Below are positions 50,256 to 63,320 of a DNA stretch of 64,000 bases, piece after piece. The DNA is from an uncultured delta proteobacterium (GTDB lineage Bacteria > Myxococcota_A > Polyangia > Fen-1088), in NCBI GenBank assembly GCA_963767925.1, contig CAVYGB010000008.1, positions 1,664,001 to 1,728,000 on the forward strand, written 5' to 3'. Numbering within the stretch: the stretch's first letter is position 1; each line of letters begins with the position of its first letter. The notes beneath the pieces were generated by a model. The model saw nothing but the letters and a program-made list of their open reading frames with translations. It made no database searches and was not told the origin of the DNA. A program made the position numbers and the translations under genes.

Positions 50256-53168
50256 TCAGCCCTTGTCGAGCGCGGCGGCCACGCTGTCCGAGATGCCGAG
50301 CAGCTCGCGCAGGCCGAGGTGCCCCTCCGACACGCTCCAGCGCATCAGATCGAGGACCTCCGGGCCGGCCGCCTCGCCCCGGGTGGCGTGCAACACGCGC
50401 ACGGCGGCGCCCAGATCGCCGCAAAACAGCAGGCCCGCGCGGTTGGCGGTGTGTTGCGCGGAGCCGCGCCAGGCGTCGAGGTCGAGGGTGCTGCAGTTGT
50501 CGAGCAGCCAGGGGGTCAGCGAGCTCAGCGGCTCCAGCGCCTGGGGCGGCAACATCCGCTCGAAGAAGCTCAGGAACGGGCGGTAGGCCTCCGGGTTGGG
50601 CACCGGGGCGTTAGGCTCGCACAGCTTGAAGGCGGCGTGGATGATGGCCGGCAGCTCGGCTGGTGACTGCACGACGTTCGGCGACAGCACCAGGTGATCG
50701 GGCCGCATGAGCGCCAGGGTGCGGCCCACCACGAAGGCGATGTCCCGCTCGACCCTCCCCTCGAGCAAGCTGGGCCCCACCGCCACGGTCGGCGAGTTGC
50801 CGCTCGGATCGCGCAGGTTGAGGATCTCGACCTCCCGGGGGAAGTCCTGGTTGTAGTAGACGGCCGGCCGGGGAACGCTGAGCACGCTGGCGCCGAGGTC
50901 GAACAGCCGGGCCACCCCCGAAGCGTCGGTCTTCGCCTCGAGCCGGTAGCGATCTTTGAGCCGGAAGCTGCGACCGTCCTGGGCCCGGGTCAGCGCGATC
51001 ACCGGCGCCACGCAGGAGAACAGCAGAGACAGCCGCCGCTCCTCGCCCGAGTGGTAGAGCACCTTCTGCCAGATCTCCTCGCTGAGGGCGGCGCGGGGCA
51101 CCGGTAGCTCCTGGGCGGCCACCCGCTCGTAGAAGGCCACGTTGTCCGGCGTGCCGGCCTGCATGACGGTGAGGGCCGCACAGGCGCAGTAGGCCCGGTC
51201 GACGAGGCCCGCTTCGCTGTAGATCCGCTGCAGCGCCCGGAGCTGCCGGATCATCACCTTGGGGTCGTCGTGCCGCTCGAACAGGTAACTGCGCCGATCC
51301 ACCGCCGCCCGCAGCCCCTCCGGTCCGGTCGCCTCGTAGAGCTCGGCCAGGGACTCCTGCTCGGCCAGCGAGCTGGGCTCGAGCTTGACGCAGACCTCGA
51401 GGGCCGCCGCTGCCGACGGCAGGTCGCCGAGCTCGCTGCGGAACAGATCGGCCAGCCCCCGCCACAGGGTCAAGAGGGAGGCCTTCTTCTGATCGTCGTC
51501 GGCTGGTCCCAGCCGCTTGATCATGCGGCGGTAGGCCCGCGATTTGTCCAGCCAGGCGTGTTTCGTGGTGAGGATCTTGTCGAGCCGCTCGAAGGTCTTC
51601 ATGTCGAGCGGGTTCTCGTCGAGCGCCCGCTCGTAGAGGGCGATGGCCTCGTCTGTGGCGAACACCTCGTAGTGCAGGATGTTGGCCGCCGCGACCAGGT
51701 AGGGGCCCTGGGCCCCGATCTCCTCGGACTCGCCCATCTTCAGCAGCAGGTCGGCGGCCGGACGCCACTGCCGGAGCTGGCTGTGCAGCTCGACCATATC
51801 GCTGAGGACCGAGCGGTCGAGCGGCTTGATGGCGAGGGCCTTCTTGAAGGCCTGCAAGGCTCCCTGGGCGTCCCCCAGCACGTCGCGCTCGGTGCGGGCC
51901 ACCTCCATCAACATCCGCCACTTTTCCTCGGGGGAGCTGATCTTCTCGACGATCGCCTTCTGGTGCTCGAGGGCCGCCTCGGGCTGCCCCAGCCGGGTGT
52001 GGATGTCGACGAGCAGCTCACGGGAGCGCCGGTTCCCGGGGTCGAGCTTCACCGCCCGGGTGAGCTCCTCCCGCGCCTCCTCGTCCTGATCGGTCTCGAG
52101 ATAGGCCCGCCCCACCCGGGCGTGCAGCTCGGCCCGCTCGACGCTGGTGAGCTTCAGCGCCACCCGGGCCTGCACCCACTGCCCCAGCTCGCGCACGTCC
52201 TGCCACCACTGGCGCGAGTAGGCGATGTCGATCCAGTCGCGCAAGAAGGCCTCGCCCTCCCGGGGGTCGAGGTCGAGCACCTTGCGGGCATGACCGCGGG
52301 CGCGGTCGTAGTCGCCGGTCCGGATCGCCGCCATGGCCGCCCGCTGGCAGATCCGCGAGCGTTCCGCGCTCGAGCGGTTCTCGGCCATCGCCATCTGCTC
52401 GAGCAGGGGCAGCGCCCGCACCCAGTTTTCCTCCTGCCAGGTGATCTCGACCAGCCCCTCGAGGGCCGGCACCGACCCAGGATCGAGCTCGAGGACGCGG
52501 GTATAGAGCCCGGTAGCCTCCGGCAGCTTCTTGAGCTTGCGGTGGTAGACCTCCGCCCCGGCCAGGAGCAGGTCGGCATTGTCCGAGGGCCGCAGCACGA
52601 GGCCACCTGAGCGGGCCAGGTGCTCGGCCAGCCGGGGCCAGTCCTCGCGCCGGCTCAGCAACTCGCTCAGCCGGCGAACCGCGGCCATCGAGGTCGGATC
52701 GACGTTCAGCGCCTGCTCGAGCCGCTCCTGCGCAGCGGCCGGCTCGTCCCGCTGCAGGTGCCACTCGGCCAGACGCAGCAGGAGGGCCACCTTCTGGGCC
52801 AGGTCGGTGACGCTGGACCCGGCGGCCTCGAAGTCCTCCACCATCCGCCGGGGGCGGCCGGTGGCGCTGGCCAGCCGCTCGAGGTCGCGGGCTACCTCTT
52901 CGTTCCGGTAGTCCTCGCTGAGCGCCGCCTGCAGCGTGATGTAGGCCTTTTCGAGGTCCCTTAGTCTGGTTTCGTAGATGCTCGAGGCACGCTTGAGGCA
53001 GCCGATGCGCTCGGGAACGTCGGAGGCGGAGGCGGCTCGCTCGATGAGCGCCGTGACGAGCTCGTCCCAGCGACCCTCGCTCCCGAGATCTCGACTTAGC
53101 TGATCGAGGTTGATGTCAGCCGCGGCCACAGCGGGGCTCGACGCGGTCAATTCCGCGTCCTGGTGCAT
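50256..53168 (-). CDS. Large TPR repeat protein
   Basis: Many TPRs (ALNVDP, VLELDPGS, AVKLDPGN); C-terminal ANRAGLLFCGDL motif typical of myxobacterial TPR proteins. Confidence 0.88.
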   Translation of the reverse strand: MHQDAELTASSPAVAAADINLDQLSRDLGSEGRWDELVTALIERAASASDVPERIGCLKRASSIYETRLRDLEKAYITLQAALSEDYRNEEVARDLERLASATGRPRRMVEDFEAAGSSVTDLAQKVALLLRLAEWHLQRDEPAAAQERLEQALNVDPTSMAAVRRLSELLSRREDWPRLAEHLARSGGLVLRPSDNADLLLAGAEVYHRKLKKLPEATGLYTRVLELDPGSVPALEGLVEITWQEENWVRALPLLEQMAMAENRSSAERSRICQRAAMAAIRTGDYDRARGHARKVLDLDPREGEAFLRDWIDIAYSRQWWQDVRELGQWVQARVALKLTSVERAELHARVGRAYLETDQDEEAREELTRAVKLDPGNRRSRELLVDIHTRLGQPEAALEHQKAIVEKISSPEEKWRMLMEVARTERDVLGDAQGALQAFKKALAIKPLDRSVLSDMVELHSQLRQWRPAADLLLKMGESEEIGAQGPYLVAAANILHYEVFATDEAIALYERALDENPLDMKTFERLDKILTTKHAWLDKSRAYRRMIKRLGPADDDQKKASLLTLWRGLADLFRSELGDLPSAAAALEVCVKLEPSSLAEQESLAELYEATGPEGLRAAVDRRSYLFERHDDPKVMIRQLRALQRIYSEAGLVDRAYCACAALTVMQAGTPDNVAFYERVAAQELPVPRAALSEEIWQKVLYHSGEERRLSLLFSCVAPVIALTRAQDGRSFRLKDRYRLEAKTDASGVARLFDLGASVLSVPRPAVYYNQDFPREVEILNLRDPSGNSPTVAVGPSLLEGRVERDIAFVVGRTLALMRPDHLVLSPNVVQSPAELPAIIHAAFKLCEPNAPVPNPEAYRPFLSFFERMLPPQALEPLSSLTPWLLDNCSTLDLDAWRGSAQHTANRAGLLFCGDLGAAVRVLHATRGEAAGPEVLDLMRWSVSEGHLGLRELLGISDSVAAALDKG

Positions 53169-53324
53169 GTGTCACCTCAGACCTTCGAAAACATACAGGC
53201 CTAACACGAGCCGGCGGAAGCCGCACCCTACGATCCCCCAGGTCGGTTCGTCAATTGTGGCGACGATCCGGGTGGCGCCTGCCACGGTGCTCGCCCCCGT
53301 GAGTGTGCTAGAACATCACGCGTC

Positions 53325-54227
53325 ATGATCGAGGTTCTTCTGGGGGCGCTGGCTGGACTGAGCATCTCCCTGATCACCGGCGTGCGGGTGCTGCGCGAGT
53401 ACGAGCGGGCGGTGGTCTTTCGCCTCGGCCGTGCCCGCACCGACCTCGCCGGTCCCGGCCTGGTCCTGTTGCTCCCCTTCGGGATCGACCGGGCCAAAGT
53501 GGTCGACGTCCGGATCCAGGCGATCCAGATCCCTCCTCAGGAGGTGATCACGCGCGACAACATCTCGATCGTCGTCAGCGCGGTGGTCTACGCCAACGTG
53601 AGCTCGCCTCGGCACGCGATCCTGGAGGTCGATCAGTTCCTTCCGGCGACGCTCCAGCTCGCCTCGACCACTCTGCGCGCCGTCGTCGGCAAGATGGAGC
53701 TCGACGACATCCTCGCCAACCGCGAAGGGATCAATGGCGAAGTGCGCAATATCCTCGACACCCGCACCGAGCAATGGGGCGTGGAGATCACCGCCGTCGA
53801 GCTGAAGGACATCGAGCTGCCGAGAGAGATGCAGCGAGCGATGGCCAGGCAGGCGGAGGCCGAGCGCGAGCGGCGGGCCAAGGTGATTGCCGCCGAGGGC
53901 GAGGTGCAGGCTGCCGCCAAGCTGGCCGAGGCCGCCCGGGTGATGTCTTCGTCGCCGGCGGCGCTGCAGCTCCGGCTCTACCAGACGCTGGTCGAGGTCT
54001 CCTCGGAGGCCCGCTCCACCATCGTGTTCCCCGTGCCCATCGACCTCACCGGGGCCATGAGCAGCCAGGCGGCCACGCCGGGACAGCTCCAGGCCATGAT
54101 GCAAAGCGTGGTGGCGCTGGCCGCCGCCCAGGAGGCCAAGCAGCTCGCCGAGGCCGGCGAGAAGGTGGAGACGCCCGCCGTCCGGTCGCGGATCCTCGCC
54201 CGCAAGAGCTCGGACGAAGAGGATTAG
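53325..54227 (+). CDS. SPFH / stomatin (slipin) family protein
   Basis: EYERAVVFRLG, QEVITRDN, MARQAEAERERRAK, ALQLR. Confidence 0.93.
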   Translation: MIEVLLGALAGLSISLITGVRVLREYERAVVFRLGRARTDLAGPGLVLLLPFGIDRAKVVDVRIQAIQIPPQEVITRDNISIVVSAVVYANVSSPRHAILEVDQFLPATLQLASTTLRAVVGKMELDDILANREGINGEVRNILDTRTEQWGVEITAVELKDIELPREMQRAMARQAEAERERRAKVIAAEGEVQAAAKLAEAARVMSSSPAALQLRLYQTLVEVSSEARSTIVFPVPIDLTGAMSSQAATPGQLQAMMQSVVALAAAQEAKQLAEAGEKVETPAVRSRILARKSSDEED

Positions 54228-54250
54228 CCGTCGCCCGAGAACTGGCCGGG

Positions 54251-55210
54251 CTAGAGGCCGAGGTTCTTGCGGATCCGGGCGATGGGCTCGGCGGTGTCGG
54301 GCACGAACGGCTTTCCGGTCAGCAACTCGAAGAGGGCGATGTAGCGGCGGGCCGCCTCGGTCCGGATCTCGTCGGACAGGGGCGGCGGGGGGCCCTCGCC
54401 CCGGTAACCCTTCTCGCTGAGCGCGCGGCGCACGTACTCCTTGTCGAGGCCGCGGGGCTCCTCACCGCGATCGAAGCGCGCCTGGTAGTCGTCGGCGTAC
54501 CAGTAGCGCGAGCTATCGGGAGTGTGGATCTCGTCGATGAAGCAGAGGGTCCCGTCGGGGCGGCGGCCGATCTCGTATTTCGTGTCGACGAGGATGAGGC
54601 CCCGCTTGGCCGCCTCGGCCTGGCCGAAGGCGAACAGCTTCTCGCACAGCACGGCGGCCTGGTCGAACTCGCCGGCGGTGAGCTGCCCCCGGGCCAGGAT
54701 CTCCTCACGCGAGACCGACTCGTCGTGGGCGCCCTTCTCCGCCTTCGTGGAGGGGGTCAGGAGCGGGGCGGCCAGGGGCTGGTTCTTGCGCATCCCCTCG
54801 GGCAGACGATGTCCGCAGAAGGTGCGGTGACCCTGTTCGTAGTGGCGCCAGATCGAGGTGCTCGTCACGCCCGTCAGATACGAGCGCATCACGAACTCGA
54901 CCGGCAGCAGCTTGCATTCGATGGCCACCGAGACCACCGGGTCGGGCACCTCGAGCAGGTGGTTGGGCACCAGGGGGCGGGCCAGCTCGAACCAGTGGGC
55001 GGCGATCTGGTTGAGGACCTGCCCCTTGAAGGGGATGGTGCCCAGGACCACGTCGAAGGCGCTCAGGCGATCGGTGACGACGATGATGCGGCGCTGGCCG
55101 GTGGTGTAGCAGTCGCGCACCTTGCCCTCGTACTTGGTGCCGAGCCCGGCGAAGTCGGTGGACTCGAGGGTGCGGGTCAGCTGCGCGGTGAGAACGTCTT
55201 GCGGGACCAT
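54251..55210 (-). CDS. purC: SAICAR synthetase
   Basis: [51 protein letters not shown]. Confidence 0.96.
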   Translation of the reverse strand: MVPQDVLTAQLTRTLESTDFAGLGTKYEGKVRDCYTTGQRRIIVVTDRLSAFDVVLGTIPFKGQVLNQIAAHWFELARPLVPNHLLEVPDPVVSVAIECKLLPVEFVMRSYLTGVTSTSIWRHYEQGHRTFCGHRLPEGMRKNQPLAAPLLTPSTKAEKGAHDESVSREEILARGQLTAGEFDQAAVLCEKLFAFGQAEAAKRGLILVDTKYEIGRRPDGTLCFIDEIHTPDSSRYWYADDYQARFDRGEEPRGLDKEYVRRALSEKGYRGEGPPPPLSDEIRTEAARRYIALFELLTGKPFVPDTAEPIARIRKNLGL

Positions 55211-55231
55211 GTCTAACTCTCCGGTTGGGCC

Positions 55232-56546
<1,315 letters not shown>

Positions 56547-56596
56547 GGACGCGCTCTTTTAGCGAAATCGCGTCCGGGGGTCAAAACGAAGTGGGC

Positions 56597-56797
56597 TCAG
56601 AGGCCGGCCAGCGGCACGATTCCCAGACCGACCAGGACGGCCAGCAGGCCAACGACGACGAACACGACGGTCCGCACCAGCGCCCCGTCCACGGTCCGGG
56701 TGCTCCGCCCGTCGGCCGGGCGCGGCCGCACGAAGAACTGCAGGATCCCCGAGCCGATGAGGATGATCCCGCCCAGCACGAAGACGCCCAGGCTCAA
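56597..56797 (-). CDS. Small two-TM membrane protein
   Basis: TTG start overlapping the aminotransferase stop; two hydrophobic helices. Confidence 0.55.
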   Translation of the reverse strand: MSLGVFVLGGIILIGSGILQFFVRPRPADGRSTRTVDGALVRTVVFVVVGLLAVLVGLGIVPLAGL

Positions 56798-57663
56798 CGC
56801 CCACCTCCCCCGGCCAGCGCCTGGTAAAGGCCGATGAGGCGGGTGGTGATGGGTCCCGGCGCGCCGCTGCCGACGGCCTGTCGATCGACCGTGGTCACCG
56901 GCAACACACCTCGGGTGGCGCTCGTGATGAACACTTCCGCGGCCGAGCGTACCTCCGCGGGGGCCAGGAAATCCACCTCCGCGCAGGGGATCCCGTGCTG
57001 GCGGCAGAGGGCCAGCACCTTGCCCCGGGTCACCCCCTCCAGGATTCCCACCCCCAGCGCGGGCGTTCGCACCTCGCCGGCCCGGACGGCGAACACGTTG
57101 CTGGTGGCGCCTTCCGCGACGCTGCCGCTGGCCGCGCACAAGATGGCCTCGTAGGCGCCCGATCGGCGGCGAGCCTCGGCCAGGGCGAGCACGTTGTTGA
57201 GGTAGTTGCCCGACTTGACAGCCGGATCGATCGCCCGCGGGTCGTTGCGCGCCACCGAGACGATCTCCACCGCCACCCCTCGGCGGTACATCTCGTCGGT
57301 GGGGGCCGACAGGGGGCTCACGATGATCACGAGCCGGGGGCTCGTGGCGAGCGCCGGATCGAGATCGGCGCCGCCCTCCCCGCGCGTGACGATCACGCGG
57401 ATCCGCGATTCGGCGTTGCCGGCAGCGGCGAGCGTCGCGGCCAGGGCCGCTTCGATCTCGGTGCGCGGCGGCACGGTCAGCCCGATGCGTTCACCCGACC
57501 GCGCCAGCCGCTCGAGGTGTTCGGCCAACGCGAAGGGCCGCCCGGTCACGGTAGCGACGGTTTCGTAAACACTGTCGCCGTACAGGAAGCCCCGGTCGAA
57601 GACCGACACCCTCGCTTCCTCGGGCGGCACGATGCGTCCGCCGATGTGAACACGGATTGACAT
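56794..57663 (-). CDS. Class IV PLP aminotransferase (IlvE/PabC/Dat family)
   Basis: [44 protein letters not shown]. Confidence 0.92.
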   Translation of the reverse strand: MSIRVHIGGRIVPPEEARVSVFDRGFLYGDSVYETVATVTGRPFALAEHLERLARSGERIGLTVPPRTEIEAALAATLAAAGNAESRIRVIVTRGEGGADLDPALATSPRLVIIVSPLSAPTDEMYRRGVAVEIVSVARNDPRAIDPAVKSGNYLNNVLALAEARRRSGAYEAILCAASGSVAEGATSNVFAVRAGEVRTPALGVGILEGVTRGKVLALCRQHGIPCAEVDFLAPAEVRSAAEVFITSATRGVLPVTTVDRQAVGSGAPGPITTRLIGLYQALAGGGGR

Positions 57664-57738
57664 TTACGAACCGGCAAAGCTAGTAGAGGGGCGGGGTCCG
57701 AGCCACTCCGAGCCATCGGGAGGGGGGAAAGTTCCACT

Positions 57739-58359
57739 TTGAACATACTGAGGGTGCGCTGTCAGAACGCTGACGAGTTCCGTGAACACTACAAGGACGA
57801 TCAGCCAAACGGCGGGTTGTTCTGCCCTACCACCACGGAGCTCAGTCCCGGCACACCGGTGGTGATCGAGCTGGTCTGCAAAGCTCTCCCCAATCGGGTT
57901 CTGATCCGCGGGTCGGTCGTGTCCTGGCGACCCGCCCTGCCCCGCCTGCGTGTGCGCGCGGGCGCCGTCGTTCAGTTCGATCCCGACGAGACTCCCAAGC
58001 GCGACTTCATCCTGGAGACCCTCGGCGGCGAGCGCAAGCCGACGCCCCGCCGTCGCCACGCCCGCATCCCGCTCGGGTGGCCGGCCAAGCTCCGGACCGA
58101 GGCCGACCTGCAGTCCAGCGAGGGGGAGCTGCGCGAGATCAGCGTCAGCGGCGCGCTCGTCCATTGCGCGATCCAGCCTCCGCTCGACACCGACGTGGTG
58201 CTTCAGGTGGTACCGCCCGGCGGGGTGGCACCCATGGAGCTCTCCGGCCGCGTCCTCTACCACGCCGGGCCGAGCCTCACCGGCATCAAGTTCCTGTTTC
58301 GCGAGGGGGGTGGCTCGCGCCGCCTCCGAGAGCTGGTGAGACGGTTCAAGACATCCTGA
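57739..58359 (+). CDS. Tandem PilZ-like domain protein
   Basis: First domain GGLFCPT...GSVVSWR; second domain RRHAR and EISVSG, GIKF. Confidence 0.82.
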   Translation: MNILRVRCQNADEFREHYKDDQPNGGLFCPTTTELSPGTPVVIELVCKALPNRVLIRGSVVSWRPALPRLRVRAGAVVQFDPDETPKRDFILETLGGERKPTPRRRHARIPLGWPAKLRTEADLQSSEGELREISVSGALVHCAIQPPLDTDVVLQVVPPGGVAPMELSGRVLYHAGPSLTGIKFLFREGGGSRRLRELVRRFKTS

Positions 58360-58441
58360 CCGCCGCCGGGGGCGAGCTTCCAGGCCACGTTATTTTCGTT
58401 CGCCACGCCCGCCGGAAAGCCGCTACTATTGGGCCGGTCCG

Positions 58442-60172
58442 ATGAGCGATCCCGCGCCGCTCGGGGCCGACGGCGAACGAGGCGCCACCGGCCGCCACAA
58501 ACCAGGCACGCTGCTCGGCAACCGGTTCCGCATCAAGGAATACCTTCGCCGGGACGGAGACATCGAGCTCTACCGGGCCAGCGATGCGCAGTCCGGCGCC
58601 GATGTTGCCTTGCGGGTGATATTGCCCTCGGGGCCTGCGCTGGCGGTTCTCGAACGGGACCTGGCGCGCGCCCAGCGACTCCCCCCCCATCGCAACCTGT
58701 CGGCGGTGATGGGCGTCGCCCGCGACGGGCCCCAGCTCCTGGTGGCCTACGAGTGGCAAGATGGCCATACCCTGCGCGATGTCCTCGACGCGCAACGACA
58801 GAAGTCTGAGATCGTTGACCCCACCCGGGCCCACACGCTGCTGGGACACGCCGCCGCTGGCCTCGCCCACGCGCACACGGTGCTCGTCCACGGCGGGGTG
58901 AATCCCGGGTCCATCTGGCTCACCTCGAGTGGGCGGGTGAAGGTCAGCGACCTGGGCCTCTCCGAGGGGCTGCCGGCCTTCGCCCAGCGGGGCGGGCCCA
59001 AGGGCAGTCCGGCGGGGCTGTATTTTGCGCCCGAGCTGGCGCGGGACGGCCCCCCCACCCCGGCCTCCGACGTCTACTCCCTGGGCGCCATCCTGTTCGA
59101 GCTCCTGACCGGGAACCCGCCGATCCCGCCCCTCCAGGCGCCGAGCCGCTTGCTCCCCTCGATCCCGCCGGCGGTGGACGGGGTGATCGGGCGGGCGCTC
59201 ATGCCCGCCGCCTTGACCCGTTTCCCGACGCCCGAAGGCCTCCTGCAGGCCTTCGCCTCGGCCATCGGAACCCCGTTAGCGGAGGCGACCCCCGTGACGG
59301 GAAGCGGAGAGGCCGCGGAGCGGACCGCCCCAGGGCGAACCTTCGATGTGGCCGCCGCCGCCGGCTTCAGCCAGGGCGAGGCCCGCTGGCTCGTGCAGAA
59401 GGACCGCCTCGATTACGGCCCGTTTTCGCTCGAGCAGGTCAAGCACCAGATCTCCGAAGGGCAGTTCCGTCCGGACAACCTCATCGTCGACATGGACTCG
59501 GGCGCCCGCCAGAAGATCGTCGACCATCCCCAGCTCGGTGAGTTCGCCCGCCAGGCGGAGCGCCGCCTGGAACACGTGCGCCGCCAGCGGGCCGAGCAGG
59601 TCACCGAGACCGTCGAGCGGAAGAAATACCGGGCCACGATCGTCATCATCTCGGCGGCGGTGGTTGTGCTGGGAGGGGGGCTGACCGCCTTCCTCCTGAA
59701 TCGGGAGGCGGCGCAGGAGACCGAGCTCGCGACTCGCGCGGGCGACTCGGACGTCGACACCTTCCTCAAGGGGGTGAGGGTCGATTTTCCGCGCACCCAG
59801 CGGCCCGCTGCCCGTCGGCCCTCGCGCGCCGGCAGCAAGGACGACCCCTTCTCGTCCGCGACGAACCTCGGCGACGTCAGCCAGGGCGGGGCCGACGAGA
59901 TCCTCAGCGACCGGACGATCCAGACCGTGATGATGGGGAACTACCGGAAGCTCGTCCCCTGCTTGATGGAGGAGAAGCGGCGGTCCCCGGGGTTCAAGGA
60001 GATGGACCTCGAGTTCGTCGTCGTTGGCAGCGGCAAGGTCTCGGCGGTGCGGGTGAATGGCCAGCGCCAGGGCGCCTTTCCGGGCTGCGTCCTGACGCGC
60101 ATGCAGTCGTTCAACTTCCCGAAGTACAGCGGCTCGAAGACCATCGCCTCCTGGTCGATGTCCCTGAGGTAG
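58442..60172 (+). CDS. Ser/Thr pseudokinase - GYF-like - TM - AgmX/PglI C-terminal domain protein
   Basis: Kinase fold (VSDLGL, YFAPE, SDVYSLGAILFELLTG) with HGG replacing HRD; YGPFS GYF-like motif; TM; C-terminal FVVVGSGKV...CVLTRMQSFNFP. Confidence 0.82.
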   Translation: MSDPAPLGADGERGATGRHKPGTLLGNRFRIKEYLRRDGDIELYRASDAQSGADVALRVILPSGPALAVLERDLARAQRLPPHRNLSAVMGVARDGPQLLVAYEWQDGHTLRDVLDAQRQKSEIVDPTRAHTLLGHAAAGLAHAHTVLVHGGVNPGSIWLTSSGRVKVSDLGLSEGLPAFAQRGGPKGSPAGLYFAPELARDGPPTPASDVYSLGAILFELLTGNPPIPPLQAPSRLLPSIPPAVDGVIGRALMPAALTRFPTPEGLLQAFASAIGTPLAEATPVTGSGEAAERTAPGRTFDVAAAAGFSQGEARWLVQKDRLDYGPFSLEQVKHQISEGQFRPDNLIVDMDSGARQKIVDHPQLGEFARQAERRLEHVRRQRAEQVTETVERKKYRATIVIISAAVVVLGGGLTAFLLNREAAQETELATRAGDSDVDTFLKGVRVDFPRTQRPAARRPSRAGSKDDPFSSATNLGDVSQGGADEILSDRTIQTVMMGNYRKLVPCLMEEKRRSPGFKEMDLEFVVVGSGKVSAVRVNGQRQGAFPGCVLTRMQSFNFPKYSGSKTIASWSMSLR

Positions 60173-60190
60173 CCGGCTGGGCCGGCCGCT

Positions 60191-61897
60191 TCACTCGCCG
60201 TCGCCGTCGGTGACGCAGCCGGTGGAGGCGGAGGAGACCAGGCGCACGTATTTGCGCAGGATGCCTCGCCGGGCCTGGCTGGGGGGAGCCTGCCAGCTCG
60301 CCCGGCGGGTCGCCAGCTCGGCGTCCGACACCGCCACGTCGATCCGGTTGGAGACCGAGTCGATGGTGATGGTCTCCCCGTCCCGGACCAGGGCGAGAGG
60401 ACCGCCGAGCTGGGCCTCGGGCGTGATGTGCCCGATCACGAAGCCGTGGGTGCCGCCGGAGAAGCGGCCGTCGGTAATCAGGGCCACGCTCTTGCCCAGC
60501 CCGGCCCCCATCACGGCCGCCGTCACCTTGAGCATCTCGGGCATGCCCGGCCCACCCTTGGGGCCCTCGTAGCGGATGACCAGCACTTCACCCGCCTTGA
60601 CTGCGCCGCGCGCGAGATCGTCGATCGCGTCCTCCTCCTGATTGAAGACCCGGGCCGGGCCCGAGAAGCGCAGCCCCTCCTTGCCCGTGATCTTCGCGAC
60701 CGCGCCCTCCGGAGCGAGGTTGCCGCGCAGGATGCGGATGTGCCCGTCCGGTTTCAGGGGGCTCGCAACCGGGGAGACGATCTTCTGGCCCGGGCGCAGA
60801 TCCGCGGCCTGAGCGGCGTTTTCGGCCAGGGTCTGGCCGGTGACGGTCAGACAGCTCCCGTCCAGCAAGCCGGCCGCCAGCATCAGCTTCTGCACCCCGG
60901 GAACGCCCCCCACCTCGAACAGGTCCTCCATCACCGCCGAGCTCGAGGGCCGCAGGGCGGCCAGCACCGGCGTGCTGTCGCTGAGCCGCTGAAAGTCGTC
61001 GAGCCCGAAGGGGACGTGGGCCGCGTGGGCCATGGCCAGGAGGTGCAACACGGCGTTGGTCGAGCCGCCGAGCACGATCACCATCCGGAAGGCGTTCTCG
61101 AAGGACGCCTTCGTCATGATCCGGAGGGGGGTGAGGTTGCGCTCGAGCAAGGGCAACATCGCTCGGCCCGCCGCCTCACACTCCAGCAGCTTGTTGGGGT
61201 GCACCGCTGGCGTCGAGGAGGTCATCGGCAGCGCCATGCCCATGGTCTCGATGGCGGCGGCCATGGTGTTGGCAGTGTACATGCCCCCGCAGGCGCCGGG
61301 CCCCGGGCAGGCGTGTTGCACCACCTCTTCGAGCTGGGCCTCGGTGATCTGCTTCGCCAGGAACTGCCCGTAGGCCTCGAAGGTCGAGACGATGTCGACC
61401 TTGCGATCGCCGATGCGGCCGGGCTGGATGGTGCCGCCGTAGACCATGATGCTGGGGCGGTCGATGCGGGCCATCGCCATGAGCGCCCCCGGCATGTTCT
61501 TGTCGCAGCCCACCACCGAGATGTTGGCGTCATAAAAGTGCGCCATCGTCATCGCCTCGATCGAGTCGGCGATGAGATCCCGGGAGGGCAACGAATAGTT
61601 CATCCCGGTCGTGCCGTTGGTCTGGCCGTCGCTCACCCCGATGGTGTTGAAGATCCAGCCGACCATGCCCGCCTCGGCCACCCCCTTCTTCACGTGGGAA
61701 GCCAGGTGGTTGAGGTGCATGTTGCAGGGGTTGGATTCGAACCCGGTGCTGGCGATGCCGATCTGGGGCTTGCCCAGATCTTCGCGCTTCAGCCCGGCCG
61801 CGTGGAACATGGCCCGGGCGCCTGGCTGGCCCGGATCTTCGGTCAGGCGCGTGCTGACGCGGTTGAGCTTGATGGTCTTTTCGGTCTTCTCGGTCAT
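60191..61897 (-). CDS. ilvD: Dihydroxy-acid dehydratase
   Basis: [67 protein letters not shown]. Confidence 0.97.
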   Translation of the reverse strand: MTEKTEKTIKLNRVSTRLTEDPGQPGARAMFHAAGLKREDLGKPQIGIASTGFESNPCNMHLNHLASHVKKGVAEAGMVGWIFNTIGVSDGQTNGTTGMNYSLPSRDLIADSIEAMTMAHFYDANISVVGCDKNMPGALMAMARIDRPSIMVYGGTIQPGRIGDRKVDIVSTFEAYGQFLAKQITEAQLEEVVQHACPGPGACGGMYTANTMAAAIETMGMALPMTSSTPAVHPNKLLECEAAGRAMLPLLERNLTPLRIMTKASFENAFRMVIVLGGSTNAVLHLLAMAHAAHVPFGLDDFQRLSDSTPVLAALRPSSSAVMEDLFEVGGVPGVQKLMLAAGLLDGSCLTVTGQTLAENAAQAADLRPGQKIVSPVASPLKPDGHIRILRGNLAPEGAVAKITGKEGLRFSGPARVFNQEEDAIDDLARGAVKAGEVLVIRYEGPKGGPGMPEMLKVTAAVMGAGLGKSVALITDGRFSGGTHGFVIGHITPEAQLGGPLALVRDGETITIDSVSNRIDVAVSDAELATRRASWQAPPSQARRGILRKYVRLVSSASTGCVTDGDGE

Positions 61898-61914
61898 GTT
61901 TGCTCCCCCGGGAA

Positions 61915-62853
61915 TCAGGGCGCCGCCGCGACCGGATTGGTCAAGGTGCCCAGGCCGTCGATCTCGACCTCCATGCGGTCACCCGGCTTGAGGAAGATGG
62001 GCGGCTTGCGCGCGAACCCCACTCCCGGCGGGGTCCCGGTGGCGATCACGTCCCCCGGCTCGAGCGAGATCGAGCGGGAGAGGAACTCGATGAGGTGGGG
62101 GATGCCGAAGATGAGCTGCTCGGTGCGGGAGTTCTGCAGCATTTCCCCGTTGAGGCGCAGGCGGATGCCCAGGTTATGGGGGTTGGCGACCTCGTCGGAC
62201 GACACGACGAAAGGCCCCATGGGCGCGAAGGTGTCGCAGGACTTGCCCCGCTGCCACTGGCCGTCGGCGAACTGGAAGCCCCGCTCGCTGACGTCGTTGA
62301 AACAGCAATATCCGAAGACGTAGCCCATCGCCTTGTCCCGGGTGACGTTCTTGGCCAGTCGCCCCACGACGAAGGCCAGCTCTGCCTCGTAGTCGGTCTT
62401 CTCACTTCCGCGCGGGATCAACACCGGATCGTCCGGGCCCACGATGGAGGTCGAGAACTTCGAGAAGGTTATGGGCATCTCCGGGATCGCCATGTTCGAC
62501 TCGGCGGCGTGGTCCCGGTAGTTGAGGCCGATGCAGACCAGCTTGCCGGGCCGGGGGATCGGCGCGCAAATCTTGACGTCTTCGAGGGCGTAGACCTTCC
62601 CGTTCTTCTTCCACTGCTCGACGGTCTTGTCGTCGGCCCGCTGCGCTGCCTCCACCGAGGAACGGGCCAAAGACCAGACCATTCCGTCGAGGTTCCACCA
62701 CTCGCAGGAGATGCTGGGCGGCAGCCAGCCGCCGCGGCCGGCGCTGTCGAGGGTGGCCGGAAGGTCGAGCACCGCCCGTCCGTTGGCGATGAGAGCCCCC
62801 ATTCGGGCCGGGGCGCTCGGATCCTTCTTCGGCTTGAACTGGAGCAGGCGCAT
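61915..62853 (-). CDS. Fumarylacetoacetate hydrolase family protein
   Basis: [55 protein letters not shown]. Confidence 0.93.
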   Translation of the reverse strand: MRLLQFKPKKDPSAPARMGALIANGRAVLDLPATLDSAGRGGWLPPSISCEWWNLDGMVWSLARSSVEAAQRADDKTVEQWKKNGKVYALEDVKICAPIPRPGKLVCIGLNYRDHAAESNMAIPEMPITFSKFSTSIVGPDDPVLIPRGSEKTDYEAELAFVVGRLAKNVTRDKAMGYVFGYCCFNDVSERGFQFADGQWQRGKSCDTFAPMGPFVVSSDEVANPHNLGIRLRLNGEMLQNSRTEQLIFGIPHLIEFLSRSISLEPGDVIATGTPPGVGFARKPPIFLKPGDRMEVEIDGLGTLTNPVAAAP

Positions 62854-62936
62854 GGCTTTTCCCCTTAATCCCAAACGGCCGGAATGTCCACCGTCATGGG
62901 TAACGCGGGGGGGCTTATGCGCCCGTGATCGGCGGG

Positions 62937-63218
62937 CTAGCGGCCGAAGCCAGCGACGCGGTCGCGGGCGGCGGGCGCCGCCAGGAGGCGGAAGCCGAGG
63001 AGGTCCTCGTAAGCGAAAAAGAAACGCTCGCGCTTTACGTTTTCCAGGAGAACGAACTTGTCCTTGAGATCGATGCGGACGAGGCGATCCACGGAAAACA
63101 CGTCGCCCGGAGCGGCCACCAGGCACATGCCCTCTCGGTTCTCCGGGATGGTGTAGCCCTGCGCCCCCGACCCCAGCCCCTCGCTCTCCAGCGCGGCGCT
63201 GATGCTCTCTTTCGTCAT
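62937..63218 (-). CDS. Small hypothetical protein
   Basis: 93-aa beta-rich ORF ending AGFGR; TAAGAT 6 nt upstream of ATG. Confidence 0.68.
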   Translation of the reverse strand: MTKESISAALESEGLGSGAQGYTIPENREGMCLVAAPGDVFSVDRLVRIDLKDKFVLLENVKRERFFFAYEDLLGFRLLAAPAARDRVAGFGR

Positions 63219-63320
63219 GCGGCGATCTTACACCGACCGAGGAGGGCGCCTGCTCGGATTTCCCCGAGCGAACGGTTGCCGCGGTTTGGCGCCCCGTCCA
63301 GGCCGCCTTACACTCGGGTG

